From NCBI GenBank assembly GCA_035550455.1, contig DASZPC010000534.1:1-27078 (forward strand): a stretch of 27,078 bases of DNA, in the 5' to 3' direction. The translations under genes were made by a program, and so were the position numbers. The notes beneath the pieces are model-generated. The model ran no database searches. It worked only from the letters and a program-made list of their open reading frames with translations, and was not told the origin of the DNA. Below, piece by piece: positions 1-8,637 of the stretch (within the stretch, counting starts at the first letter, position 1; each line of letters starts with the position of its first letter). Source of the stretch: Chitinophagales bacterium. Lineage in GTDB: Bacteria > Bacteroidota > Bacteroidia > Chitinophagales > LD1.

Positions 1-2
1 AT

Positions 3-479
3 GTAGTGGAAAAAATTGCCACCCTGTTTGCCGAAAGCTGCAAAAAAGCCGGTGTAGAAATTACCCAGGCACAGCGCGAGTGGACGGTATTTTTACAGGA
101 AACTAAGCAGCACAACTTTGAAATTTCGTATGGCGCCTGGATTGCCTCGCCGGGCCCCGATGACCCTAAACAAATATGGAGCACTTCTTCGTACGAAGGC
201 GGCAGCAACTATGTAGGCTTTGGCGACCAGAAGAGCGACGAGGTAATTGAAAAACTACGCAACGAACTGGACGAAACCAAGCGTAATGAATACTACAAGG
301 AGTTTCAGGAGATGGTGTACGACCAGCAACCTTATATCTTCCTTTCATCGCCGCTAAACCGCGAGGCTATCCATGCCCGGTTTAAAAACGCTAACCCAAG
401 CGCAGCACGCCCTGGTTACGAGGTGAATGAGTTTATACTTGACAATACTTTTGGCTCAAAAGCCGCACAACCGCAATAA
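3..479 (+). CDS. ABC transporter substrate-binding protein, family 5 (OppA/DppA/YejA-like), C-terminal fragment; 5' end lies outside the window
   Basis: The frame is open from base 3, so the GTG at 6 is probably internal. It has typical SBP_bac_5 C-terminal features (FEISYGAW...PDDPKQIW...GGSNYVGF...DEVIEKLRNELDETKRNEYYKEFQEMVYDQQPYIFL) and lies directly upstream of two BPD permeases. Confidence 0.88.
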   Translation, partial: VVEKIATLFAESCKKAGVEITQAQREWTVFLQETKQHNFEISYGAWIASPGPDDPKQIWSTSSYEGGSNYVGFGDQKSDEVIEKLRNELDETKRNEYYKEFQEMVYDQQPYIFLSSPLNREAIHARFKNANPSAARPGYEVNEFILDNTFGSKAAQPQ

Positions 480-494
480 ATACTGTAAGGCCTG

Positions 495-2039
495 ATGTTT
501 GGATACATAGCAAAGCGGATTCTTTATTTTATCCCTACCTTCTTCATTATTGCTTTGTTTACTTTTTTGCTTAGTGCTATTGCACCTGGCGACCCTGTTG
601 AACTGAAGCTTAGTGCCGGTATGCAGGGCTCGGAAGGCAATGGGCGTATGAGCGATAAACTGGCCGGTGAAGACGCTTACCGCCAGCTGAATGAAAAACT
701 GGGCCGTAACCTGCCGCTGTTTTATTTTACGGTTACTTCAAAATCGTACCCCGATACTTTGTATAAAATTTTGCGCCAGAACGAGCGCGAAAACCTGGCC
801 CGTTTGGTAGATGAATACAACGACTGGCCGCAAATACAAACCTACTACCTGTCGGTAAAAAGGCTGGAATATATGGCTATTGCCATGCCGGTTGATTTGA
901 CAGACAGTACCGCCTTTGAGCAGATTAAGACTGTTCGTGAGAGCTGTAACGACCTTTACCGCAATTATAAAGATGGGGTGATAACCATTGATTTTCAGAA
1001 AATAGCCAAGGCGGTAAGTACCAATATAAGCATACAGGACAGCACCGGCACTGCACAAACGTATTACCCATTAGCCCGGTTAAAGCCTTATGCCGATTCG
1101 GCACAACTGGCTTATACCACCATGAAAGAGCAGCAACAGGCTATGCTTAAATACATACCTGCCGTGCATTGGTACGGCCTGCACAACCAGTTTCACCGCT
1201 GGCTTTTTGGCGATGTGCCCTGGTTTGGCCCCAACAATGACCCCACAAAAGTTTCTAAGGGGTTTTTCCGCGGCGATTTTGGTGAGTCGTACCTTGATAG
1301 CCGCCCGGTTAGCGCCATACTTGGCGATGCCATGAAATGGACCCTGCTTATAAATATTATTGCCTTTATTATCATTTACACTATCAGTATCCCTTCGGGT
1401 GTTTCCATTGCCGTGCGCAAAGGCACATTTTACGACCGGAGCATGACAGCCCTTTTATTTGTATTGTATTCTATTCCCAGTTTTTGGGTAGGTACCATGC
1501 TTATCATATTTTTTACCAGCGATTACTATGGCAACTGGATGAATTTATTCCCGCCTTATGGCCTGGGCAAAATTGGCCCTGAGTTTACCACCTGGGTAAA
1601 AGTAAGCGACCGGGCATACCACCTTGCCTTGCCTATATTCTGTATAGTGTATGGTTCGTTTGCCTTTATATCAAGGCAGGTGCGTGGCGGTATGCTTTCG
1701 GTATTAAGGCAGGATTACATCCGCACGGCATTTGCCAAAGGGCTTACCCCCGGCAAAGTGTTCTGGAAACATGCTTTCCGCAACTCGCTTATACCTATTA
1801 TTACTTTGTTCTCAAGCTTTTTACCGGCTATGATAAGCGGTTCGGTAATTATTGAGTACCTGTTTACCATACCCGGTATGGGCAGGGTAAGTTACGAATC
1901 GGTAATAGCGCGTAATTTTCCGGTGTTGTTTACCATACTTATGTTTTCGGCCATTTTAACCATGGCGGGTACTTTGTTGTCGGATATTTTATATGTAGTT
2001 ACCGACCCGCGTGTTTCATTTACCAAAAAGGAGGGATAG
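495..2039 (+). CDS. Peptide/nickel ABC transporter permease, OppB/DppB/YejB-like, with a large extracytoplasmic insertion
   Basis: N-terminal YIAKRILYFIPT...APGDPV, then GDFGESY, the EAA-type loop (VLRQDYIRTAFAKGLTPGKVFWKHAFRNSLIP), GSVIIEYLFTIPGMG and C-terminal DILYVVTDPRV. Confidence 0.93.
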   Translation: MFGYIAKRILYFIPTFFIIALFTFLLSAIAPGDPVELKLSAGMQGSEGNGRMSDKLAGEDAYRQLNEKLGRNLPLFYFTVTSKSYPDTLYKILRQNERENLARLVDEYNDWPQIQTYYLSVKRLEYMAIAMPVDLTDSTAFEQIKTVRESCNDLYRNYKDGVITIDFQKIAKAVSTNISIQDSTGTAQTYYPLARLKPYADSAQLAYTTMKEQQQAMLKYIPAVHWYGLHNQFHRWLFGDVPWFGPNNDPTKVSKGFFRGDFGESYLDSRPVSAILGDAMKWTLLINIIAFIIIYTISIPSGVSIAVRKGTFYDRSMTALLFVLYSIPSFWVGTMLIIFFTSDYYGNWMNLFPPYGLGKIGPEFTTWVKVSDRAYHLALPIFCIVYGSFAFISRQVRGGMLSVLRQDYIRTAFAKGLTPGKVFWKHAFRNSLIPIITLFSSFLPAMISGSVIIEYLFTIPGMGRVSYESVIARNFPVLFTILMFSAILTMAGTLLSDILYVVTDPRVSFTKKEG

Positions 2040-2052
2040 TTTTTTTGAACGG

Positions 2053-3342
2053 ATGAGTGCCAAGCAAAAAGAAAAAGACCAAAGCTACTGGGGGATTGTA
2101 AAACGCCAATTCCGCAAAAACAAACTGGCAGTATGGAGCCTGCGTGTGGTGTACGTGGTTTTTTTTGTAGGCCTGCTGGCCGATTTTCTGGCTAATGAAA
2201 AACCCTTTTACTGCAAGCTGGATGGCAAAACTTATTTCCCCATTTTTCAGGATTATGCGGTTTCGCTGCACCTTGAGAAAATGCCCCCTGAATTATTGAA
2301 TGTGGATTGGGTAAATGCCGATTATCAATCGGTTTTACGCGCCCCTATACCCTACTCGCCTTTAACGCAGGATTGGGACAATGCTTATGCCAACCCGTTT
2401 AAAAAGCAGGGGGTAAGGTCGTGGCGGTTCAGGCATTTTCTGGGTTCAGACCAATTGGGCCGCGATTTGCTTTCGGGCCTTATACACGGCACGCGCATAG
2501 CTATGCTGGTAGGTATAGTATCTATGAGCATTGCATCGTTTATTGGCATTTTGCTGGGCGCTTTTGCAGGCTACTTTGGCGATAACCGTTTACAGGTTTC
2601 GCGCGTTACCGTTTGGCTTAATTTTTTATTCCTGTTTTTTGGCTGGTTCTATGCATTTAATGTGCGCAGCTATGCCATGAGCGATGCCCTGGCCGACTCG
2701 TTCGGTAGCTTTACCCTTCAGTTTTTGGTATCGCTTTTCATATTCTTTGTTATTATGGCTATACCCAACCTTATAGCCATGCCGTTGAAAAAAATACCCG
2801 GCCTGGGCAAACCCATAACCATACCGGTTGATATTTTGATTTCGCGTACCATAGAAGTGCTTAACTCGGTGCCTATTTTGCTGCTTATCCTTTCAATTTG
2901 CGCGGTGGTTAAAAAGCCGTCTATTATGCTTATAATGGTTATTATAGGTTTTACCGGGTGGACGGGCATTGCCAGCTATATACGCGCCGAACTGTTAAAG
3001 GTGCGCAGCCTTGAATATATTGAAGCCGCCCAGTCATTAGGCTTTAGCGAATGGCGGGTTATGCTGCGCCATGCCATACCTAACTCGCTTACCTCGGTGC
3101 TTATTACTATTGCCTTTGGTATTGCCAGCGCTATTTTAACCGAGTCTTCCCTTTCGTTTTTAGGCATTGGCGTGCAGGCCGATGTGGTAACCTGGGGCAA
3201 ATTGTTGAACGAAGCCCGTGCCGATGTAAGCGGCTGGTGGTTTGCGGTTTTCCCCGGCCTTGCAATATTTATTACCGTTACCGTTTTTAACCTGTTGGGC
3301 GAAGGCCTTACCGAGGCTATGGACCCCCGGTTGAAGCAATAA
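2053..3342 (+). CDS. Peptide ABC transporter permease, OppC/DppC family, YejE-like
   Basis: SYWGIVKRQFRKNKLA, ANEKPFYCKLDGKTYFP (YejE-like loop), HFLGSDQLGRD, EAA loop EYIEAAQSLGFSEWRVMLRHAIPN and FNLLGEGLTEAMDPR. I prefer the ATG at 2053 to the track's start at 2011, which overlaps the upstream gene. Confidence 0.92.
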   Translation: MSAKQKEKDQSYWGIVKRQFRKNKLAVWSLRVVYVVFFVGLLADFLANEKPFYCKLDGKTYFPIFQDYAVSLHLEKMPPELLNVDWVNADYQSVLRAPIPYSPLTQDWDNAYANPFKKQGVRSWRFRHFLGSDQLGRDLLSGLIHGTRIAMLVGIVSMSIASFIGILLGAFAGYFGDNRLQVSRVTVWLNFLFLFFGWFYAFNVRSYAMSDALADSFGSFTLQFLVSLFIFFVIMAIPNLIAMPLKKIPGLGKPITIPVDILISRTIEVLNSVPILLLILSICAVVKKPSIMLIMVIIGFTGWTGIASYIRAELLKVRSLEYIEAAQSLGFSEWRVMLRHAIPNSLTSVLITIAFGIASAILTESSLSFLGIGVQADVVTWGKLLNEARADVSGWWFAVFPGLAIFITVTVFNLLGEGLTEAMDPRLKQ

Positions 3343-3411
3343 TTATTTTTTAAGGAAATTTATTTATGTAACTGGTGTTCCTTGCCCCGGGTTTATTTTA
3401 GTTTTGGACAA

Positions 3412-4848
3412 ATGAAAACACTGCTGTGCTTTTTACTTACCGCTTATACCCTGCTGCTTTCGGCGCAAACAGTAGATGTTTCCAATGGGGTGAGGTTGCC
3501 GGTTAAAATAAGCAAGTTCAGGATTATAGGTAAAAACAACGATGGCCTGGTGGTGCGCTTATACGGATCGGAGGATGTGATTGATGTTTTTGATGAATCA
3601 CTGAAACTGGTTACCACCCGCAATATTGATTTTAAAAGCGAAAGCGGGTTGTTGCAGTATATTATGCTGAACAAAACCGGCGCCGTAATATTTTACCTGG
3701 CGCAGGACAAAAAATATTCAGTGCTGCTGGCCCAGCCGGTAAATTCAAAGTTTATTGAACTGGGGAAACCTATTGCAGTAGATACCATTTACGACCGGCG
3801 CGATTTGGTGGCCGCAAACATCCGCTTTAAGCCTTCGGTTGATCAAAACCACCTGATGGTTTATTACCCGTTTTTTGAGGGGAGTACCCTTAAGTCAATC
3901 AGGTTTATGTGTGTTGACCGGTCGCTGCGCCTGCTGTACAACAAAACGGTAACCATTAACCGCGATGAAAAGGAACTGGAAGAATCGAAAACGCTGATAG
4001 ATAATTTTGGCAACAGCTATATGCTGCTGAAACCGGAAACAAAAACCGGCGAAATGGTTTACGATGTGTACTGTATTGCGCAAAACGGCAGCCTGCTTAC
4101 CTATAGCATTACAGCCGATAGAAGCCCCTTTGGCGAGCCCTGGTTTGATATTGATAACAAAAACAATAACCTGGTAATGTGCTCGCTGTATAACAGCGGC
4201 CAAAGCGGCGAGGATGTGGCCAATGGTTTTTCATACACCGTTTTCGACCCGCTTTCGGGCAAGGTGCTGCGCTCGGCCTACACGCCTTTTTCGGAGGAGT
4301 TTATAAAAGAGCTAACCAATAGGGAGCCCGCCGGGCCGGGCAAGCTTTATACTTTTACCATACGCAAGGTAATACTGCGCAATGATGGCGGGGCTTTGAT
4401 ACTGGCCGAATCGTATATCAAAGATTCGCGCGAAACACCGGTGGGCGTGGGGTTTCAGCCCGGGTTTTACAACTACCATACCAGCAATATTTACCAGTTT
4501 AATGATATTATCGCTTTCTCGGTTGACTCGGCGGCACAGCTGGGCTGGTATTCGGTAATGCGTAAAAAGCAGGCCAGCGAAGATGATAACGGGCTATACT
4601 CATCGTTTTTAACCGTTAACCAAAAAGATAAACTGCGGCTGATTTATATGGATGATATTGCCACCACCGGCATTATTAATGAGTATGTACTTAGCAGCGA
4701 CGGCAAGAATGAAAGAAGGGTATTGATTAACCAGGAGGACAAAGATGTAATGCTGCTGCCTAAACTTGGCAAGCAAACCGCCCCCGATGAAGTAGTATTG
4801 CCAAGTTATATAAACGGTGTGCTTAAAATGGCTAAAATTACCTATTAA
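3412..4848 (+). CDS. Uncharacterised secreted/periplasmic protein, beta-rich
   Basis: 478-aa ORF. The ATG at 3412 gives a Sec signal peptide (MKTLLCFLLTAYTLLLSA|Q). Many short alternating beta-strand-like segments follow; no catalytic motif recognised. Confidence 0.8.
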   Translation: MKTLLCFLLTAYTLLLSAQTVDVSNGVRLPVKISKFRIIGKNNDGLVVRLYGSEDVIDVFDESLKLVTTRNIDFKSESGLLQYIMLNKTGAVIFYLAQDKKYSVLLAQPVNSKFIELGKPIAVDTIYDRRDLVAANIRFKPSVDQNHLMVYYPFFEGSTLKSIRFMCVDRSLRLLYNKTVTINRDEKELEESKTLIDNFGNSYMLLKPETKTGEMVYDVYCIAQNGSLLTYSITADRSPFGEPWFDIDNKNNNLVMCSLYNSGQSGEDVANGFSYTVFDPLSGKVLRSAYTPFSEEFIKELTNREPAGPGKLYTFTIRKVILRNDGGALILAESYIKDSRETPVGVGFQPGFYNYHTSNIYQFNDIIAFSVDSAAQLGWYSVMRKKQASEDDNGLYSSFLTVNQKDKLRLIYMDDIATTGIINEYVLSSDGKNERRVLINQEDKDVMLLPKLGKQTAPDEVVLPSYINGVLKMAKITY

Positions 4849-4859
4849 ACCTAAGTGTT

Positions 4860-5867
4860 TTGCTAAGTTTCTTCAAGTCGAATAACCCGGGCGTTGTTAT
4901 ATTTTATGTGTTATACCTGGCGCTGTTCAGGATATGCGCATTTTTTGCCCTGCCTGCCACCAGTTTTGTTTTGCACCACCGCGAACCCCTTAGCGCCGTT
5001 ACTTTTTCGTTTCTGAATAAAGTACATGCCGATGGTGCGGCGTGGTCGCTCTTCTTATCGGCGGTTTTAACTTTTATACAGGCGCTTATTATTAATGGGC
5101 TGATAAACGAAAACAAGGTTTTGCCCAAAAAGAATTACATGGGGGGTGCACTGTTTATTATTATCAGTTCGTTTTTTAAAGAAAGCCTGGCGCTTAGCCC
5201 GGCGCTGATAAGCGCCACTTTTATAATTATATGTGTAGCGCGGTTGTTTTCGTTAGTGCGCAAGGATAAAGCATACGGCGATATTTATGATATAGGCTTT
5301 TTGATTGCGCTGGCCTCGCTGTTTTATTTTCCGGTAATAGTATTTGTGTTGCCCGCTTTTATAGGGTTGGCTACGGTAAGGCCTTTTTCGTTTAAAGAAT
5401 GGGGGGCGGTGCTTACCGGTTTTTTATCGCCTTTATTTTTACTTTTTACCTGGTACTTTTGGAACGATACAACAGGCCAGTTAATTCCTGAAGTGCTGAA
5501 CCTTCAGCCCGGTGGCTGGTTACAGCACGCAGGTTTTTCGGCTATTAACTGGATAATGGCGGTAAGCCTTGCGCTGGTAGTGTTTATAGCCCTGGCTTTT
5601 TTACCGGCGGCATTGTATTCATCGCTTATACAGGTGCGTAAGTTTTCGGGTGTTTTAGTGGCTTTTATATTTTTTACCATTGCCGGGTTTTTTATGCAAT
5701 CGGTTGTAAATCAAAGTCACTGGGTACTTGTTGCCCTGCCGGTAAGTGTAATTTTAGCCATAGTGATGATGCAAATAAAACGCAGATGGGTTAGCGAAGT
5801 GATTCATTTAATACTAATTTTGCTGGTGTTGGCTGGGCAATACCTGCCTGCATCAACCTTCAGTTAA
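4860..5867 (+). CDS. Polytopic inner-membrane protein resembling the Bacteroidota DUF6427 family
   Basis: TTG start, 335 aa, roughly 9-10 hydrophobic segments. [10 protein letters not shown] start and the [13 protein letters not shown] and RPFSFKEW segments resemble DUF6427 as I recall it. It lies 11 nt after the previous stop. Confidence 0.7.
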   Translation: MLSFFKSNNPGVVIFYVLYLALFRICAFFALPATSFVLHHREPLSAVTFSFLNKVHADGAAWSLFLSAVLTFIQALIINGLINENKVLPKKNYMGGALFIIISSFFKESLALSPALISATFIIICVARLFSLVRKDKAYGDIYDIGFLIALASLFYFPVIVFVLPAFIGLATVRPFSFKEWGAVLTGFLSPLFLLFTWYFWNDTTGQLIPEVLNLQPGGWLQHAGFSAINWIMAVSLALVVFIALAFLPAALYSSLIQVRKFSGVLVAFIFFTIAGFFMQSVVNQSHWVLVALPVSVILAIVMMQIKRRWVSEVIHLILILLVLAGQYLPASTFS

Positions 5868-5889
5868 TATAAAACCATTCAAAAGCACT

Positions 5890-6609
5890 ATGAAATTCGG
5901 AATTGTTGTTTTTCCCGGCTCAAATTGCGACAGAGACATGTTTCATGTGGTACACGATGTAATGGGCTGCGAAGCACGTTATATATGGCATAAGGAAACC
6001 GACCTTTCGGATTTTACAAGTGAGGATTGCATTATACTGCCCGGCGGGTTTAGCTATGGCGATTACCTGCGCACCGGGGGCATTGCCCGCTTTTCGCCGG
6101 TTATGGAATCGGTAATACAGTTTGCCAACAGCGGCGGCAAGGTTTTCGGGGTTTGCAATGGGTTCCAGATTTTGTGCGAATCGCATTTGCTGCCTGGCGC
6201 CCTACTGCGTAATACCAGTATGAAATACGAATGCAAAAATATTTACCTAAAGCCGCAAACCAATAAAGTACTACTTACCTGCAAGGTAGATATGGACGAT
6301 GTACTGAAAATACCTATTGCCCATGGCGATGGCAGGTACTACTGCGATAAAGAAACTTTAAAAGGGCTGTACGATAATGGCCAGGTACTTTTTAAATACT
6401 GCGATGAACTGGGCGATGTAACCGATGAGGCCAACCCGAATGGTTCCTTGGATAACATTGCAGGTATTTGCAACGAAAAGAAAAATGTGTTTGGCATGAT
6501 GCCCCACCCCGAAAGAGCTTCGGAAAAAGAATTGCTGAATACCGATGGCAAAGTGTTGTTTGAATCGCTGGTTAGCAAAGTACTGGAAATGACAGTGCTT
6601 TACAGCTAA
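5890..6609 (+). CDS. purQ: Phosphoribosylformylglycinamidine synthase subunit PurQ (glutaminase)
   Basis: [28 protein letters not shown], catalytic [18 protein letters not shown] and GMMPHPER (Cys-His-Glu triad). Confidence 0.98.
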   Translation: MKFGIVVFPGSNCDRDMFHVVHDVMGCEARYIWHKETDLSDFTSEDCIILPGGFSYGDYLRTGGIARFSPVMESVIQFANSGGKVFGVCNGFQILCESHLLPGALLRNTSMKYECKNIYLKPQTNKVLLTCKVDMDDVLKIPIAHGDGRYYCDKETLKGLYDNGQVLFKYCDELGDVTDEANPNGSLDNIAGICNEKKNVFGMMPHPERASEKELLNTDGKVLFESLVSKVLEMTVLYS

Positions 6610-6634
6610 TGCATAACCCACCAACAGTAGCGGC

Positions 6635-7498
6635 ATGAAATTGCGCGTAAACGCCGATGATTTTGGCGCTACTAAAAGCGTTACCGATGATATTTTAGAT
6701 TGTATTGATGCAGGCGCAGTAAACAGCGTTAGCATTATGGCCAATATGCCTGCCTTTGACTATGCCGTTGCCGAGGCGCTGCAAAGGCCGCAGTTGAATA
6801 TTGCCGTACATTTAAACATTACAAGGGGGCAACCGCTAAGCCCGCCGGAGGATATTGCGCTGCTGGTTACCCCACAGGGCAATTTTAAATATGATTTTCA
6901 GGGGTTAATGCTGGCTTACCTTTTTGCCGGTAAGCAGCAACGTGCGCAAATGAAGCTGCAGTTATATACCGAGTTTAAGGCGCAGCTTGAAAAAGTAAAG
7001 CAATACACCGCCGTATGGGAGCGCAAACCCGGCCTTGACACAGAGCGGAATATCCATCACCTGCCTTTTGTTTTTGAGGTGGTGCTTAAGCTGGCAAAGG
7101 AGTATAAGCTGAACAATATACGCCTGTGTACCGAACGGGGCGGTGGAAGCTTTGCTGTGGGCGGGCGTGTTAAATGGATGGTGCTGACGGGGTTAGTAAA
7201 GTTTTTTTCGTTCGGGGATATTTTACAGAAAGAGGGAATAAGATACCCGGCCAAAGGTTATTTTGTACTGCATAAGTTACCAGAAGCCTTAGCTGCGGCC
7301 AAAGGGCTTGGTTTTTTGCAGCCGGGCGTGGAAGAGGAGTATGTTGAAATAGGCGTACACCCCGGTTGTGCTGCCGAAGCAGAATTAACGCCTTTTGGGT
7401 ACGACCCCGCATATTGCAAATACCTTATTGCCTGTGAGCACAAAAGCGAAAAGGCTTTATTGTTACAATGGGCGGCTTTAAACCAAAAAAGAAGTTAA
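6635..7498 (+). CDS. YdjC/ChbG/HpnK/NaxD-family carbohydrate deacetylase
   Basis: N-terminal VNADDFG, SVSIMANMP, AVHLNITRGQPLS, EFKAQLEK, DTERNIH at the D[SG]HxHxH position, and EIGVHPG. Confidence 0.87.
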   Translation: MKLRVNADDFGATKSVTDDILDCIDAGAVNSVSIMANMPAFDYAVAEALQRPQLNIAVHLNITRGQPLSPPEDIALLVTPQGNFKYDFQGLMLAYLFAGKQQRAQMKLQLYTEFKAQLEKVKQYTAVWERKPGLDTERNIHHLPFVFEVVLKLAKEYKLNNIRLCTERGGGSFAVGGRVKWMVLTGLVKFFSFGDILQKEGIRYPAKGYFVLHKLPEALAAAKGLGFLQPGVEEEYVEIGVHPGCAAEAELTPFGYDPAYCKYLIACEHKSEKALLLQWAALNQKRS

Positions 7499-7509
7499 GC
7501 AGAAGGGAA

Positions 7510-8448
7510 TCAGTCGAATTCCATTTGGTCAACTATAAAAGCGGGTTTCTTTTTAAGCAGTTTAAAGTTGCGGGCCACATACTCGCCAATAGCGCCTAAT
7601 AAAATAAACTGCAGGCTGGTTAGCAGCAATATAACCCCTAAGAGCAGTTTGAAATCGTTGTAGGCTTCTTTGTTTATTATAACCCCGAATAAAATAGCCA
7701 AGGCATAAAAGAAGGATATTACAAACAAACCTATGCCCAGCCCAATAGCTATGCGCATGGGCTTGATGCTGAAAGAAACGATACCCGAAAGGCCCAGTTT
7801 CAGCATTTTAATAAACGTGTATTTAGAATCGCCGGAGAAGCGCTTATCGGGGGCGTATTTTAAACTGGTTTGTTTAAAGCCCATCCATTGCACATAGCCC
7901 CTGATAAACATATCGGGGTCGTGCAGTTCGGTTAAAACGTTTACAGCTTTTCTATCGAGCAGGGCAAAATCGGCCTGGCCGGGTTTAAGCTGTATTTCGG
8001 AAATGGCATTGAGCAGGTAATAAAAAAAGCGCGAAGCGATGGCTTTTGCGCTGTTTGGCTGGCCGTCGTATTCGCGTTCGGTGGTAACTAAATCAAAACC
8101 CTGTTGCCATTTTTCCAGCATGGCTGAAATTAAGTGTGGCGGGTGTTGCAGGTCGGCGTCCATTGATATTACACAATTGCCTGTGGTATAAACCAGCCCT
8201 GCAAGTATGGCGTTTTGCTGACCAAAGTTTTTTGAAAGCAAAATGTATTTTACCCTTTTATCGGTTTCCCTCAGTTCTTTAATCCGGTTGCCGGTAGCAT
8301 CGCGACTGCCGTCGTTTACAAATATAATTTCACATTTTTCGGGTAAAACAGGGAGCAGCGCTTTATATAGCTGCAAAATATTACCTTCTTCGTTGTAGCA
8401 GGGTACTACAACGCTCACTAAAGGATTATCCGGTCGGGGCGTATCCAT
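7510..8448 (-). CDS. GT2 polyprenyl-phosphate glycosyltransferase, GtrB/YfdH/ArnC-like
   Basis: VSVVVPCYNEEGN, IIFVNDGSRD, LSKNFGQQNAILAGL, DXD motif MDADLQHPP, DFALLDRKAV, FIRGYVQWMGFKQ, two C-terminal TM helices and GAIGEYVAR. Confidence 0.93.
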   Translation of the reverse strand: MDTPRPDNPLVSVVVPCYNEEGNILQLYKALLPVLPEKCEIIFVNDGSRDATGNRIKELRETDKRVKYILLSKNFGQQNAILAGLVYTTGNCVISMDADLQHPPHLISAMLEKWQQGFDLVTTEREYDGQPNSAKAIASRFFYYLLNAISEIQLKPGQADFALLDRKAVNVLTELHDPDMFIRGYVQWMGFKQTSLKYAPDKRFSGDSKYTFIKMLKLGLSGIVSFSIKPMRIAIGLGIGLFVISFFYALAILFGVIINKEAYNDFKLLLGVILLLTSLQFILLGAIGEYVARNFKLLKKKPAFIVDQMEFD

Positions 8449-8637
8449 CTATGGCCGCGTATTTCAATTCAGGGTGTTGGGTGTCCAGCGAATCCGAACC
8501 AGGGGGAACGGTGGTCAATATCGCATTTTTTATTGAATTGTATAATTTTATTTTAATGATTATTTAGAAACAGGTTAAATTACCTGGCACTAAAGGTTTA
8601 ATGGTGTTCTACATTTTAGGGAATTAAAACAAAGGCT

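Noticed and set aside
5890-6609. purQ without purL/purS as an unusual orphan
   Set aside because: Dispersed pur genes are ordinary in Bacteroidota, and the catalytic triad is canonical.
8571-8586. CAGGT-N6-ACCTG inverted repeat in the divergent GT2/DUF2306 region
   Set aside because: The arms are only 5 bp, there is a single copy and no adjacent regulator, so it could be chance.
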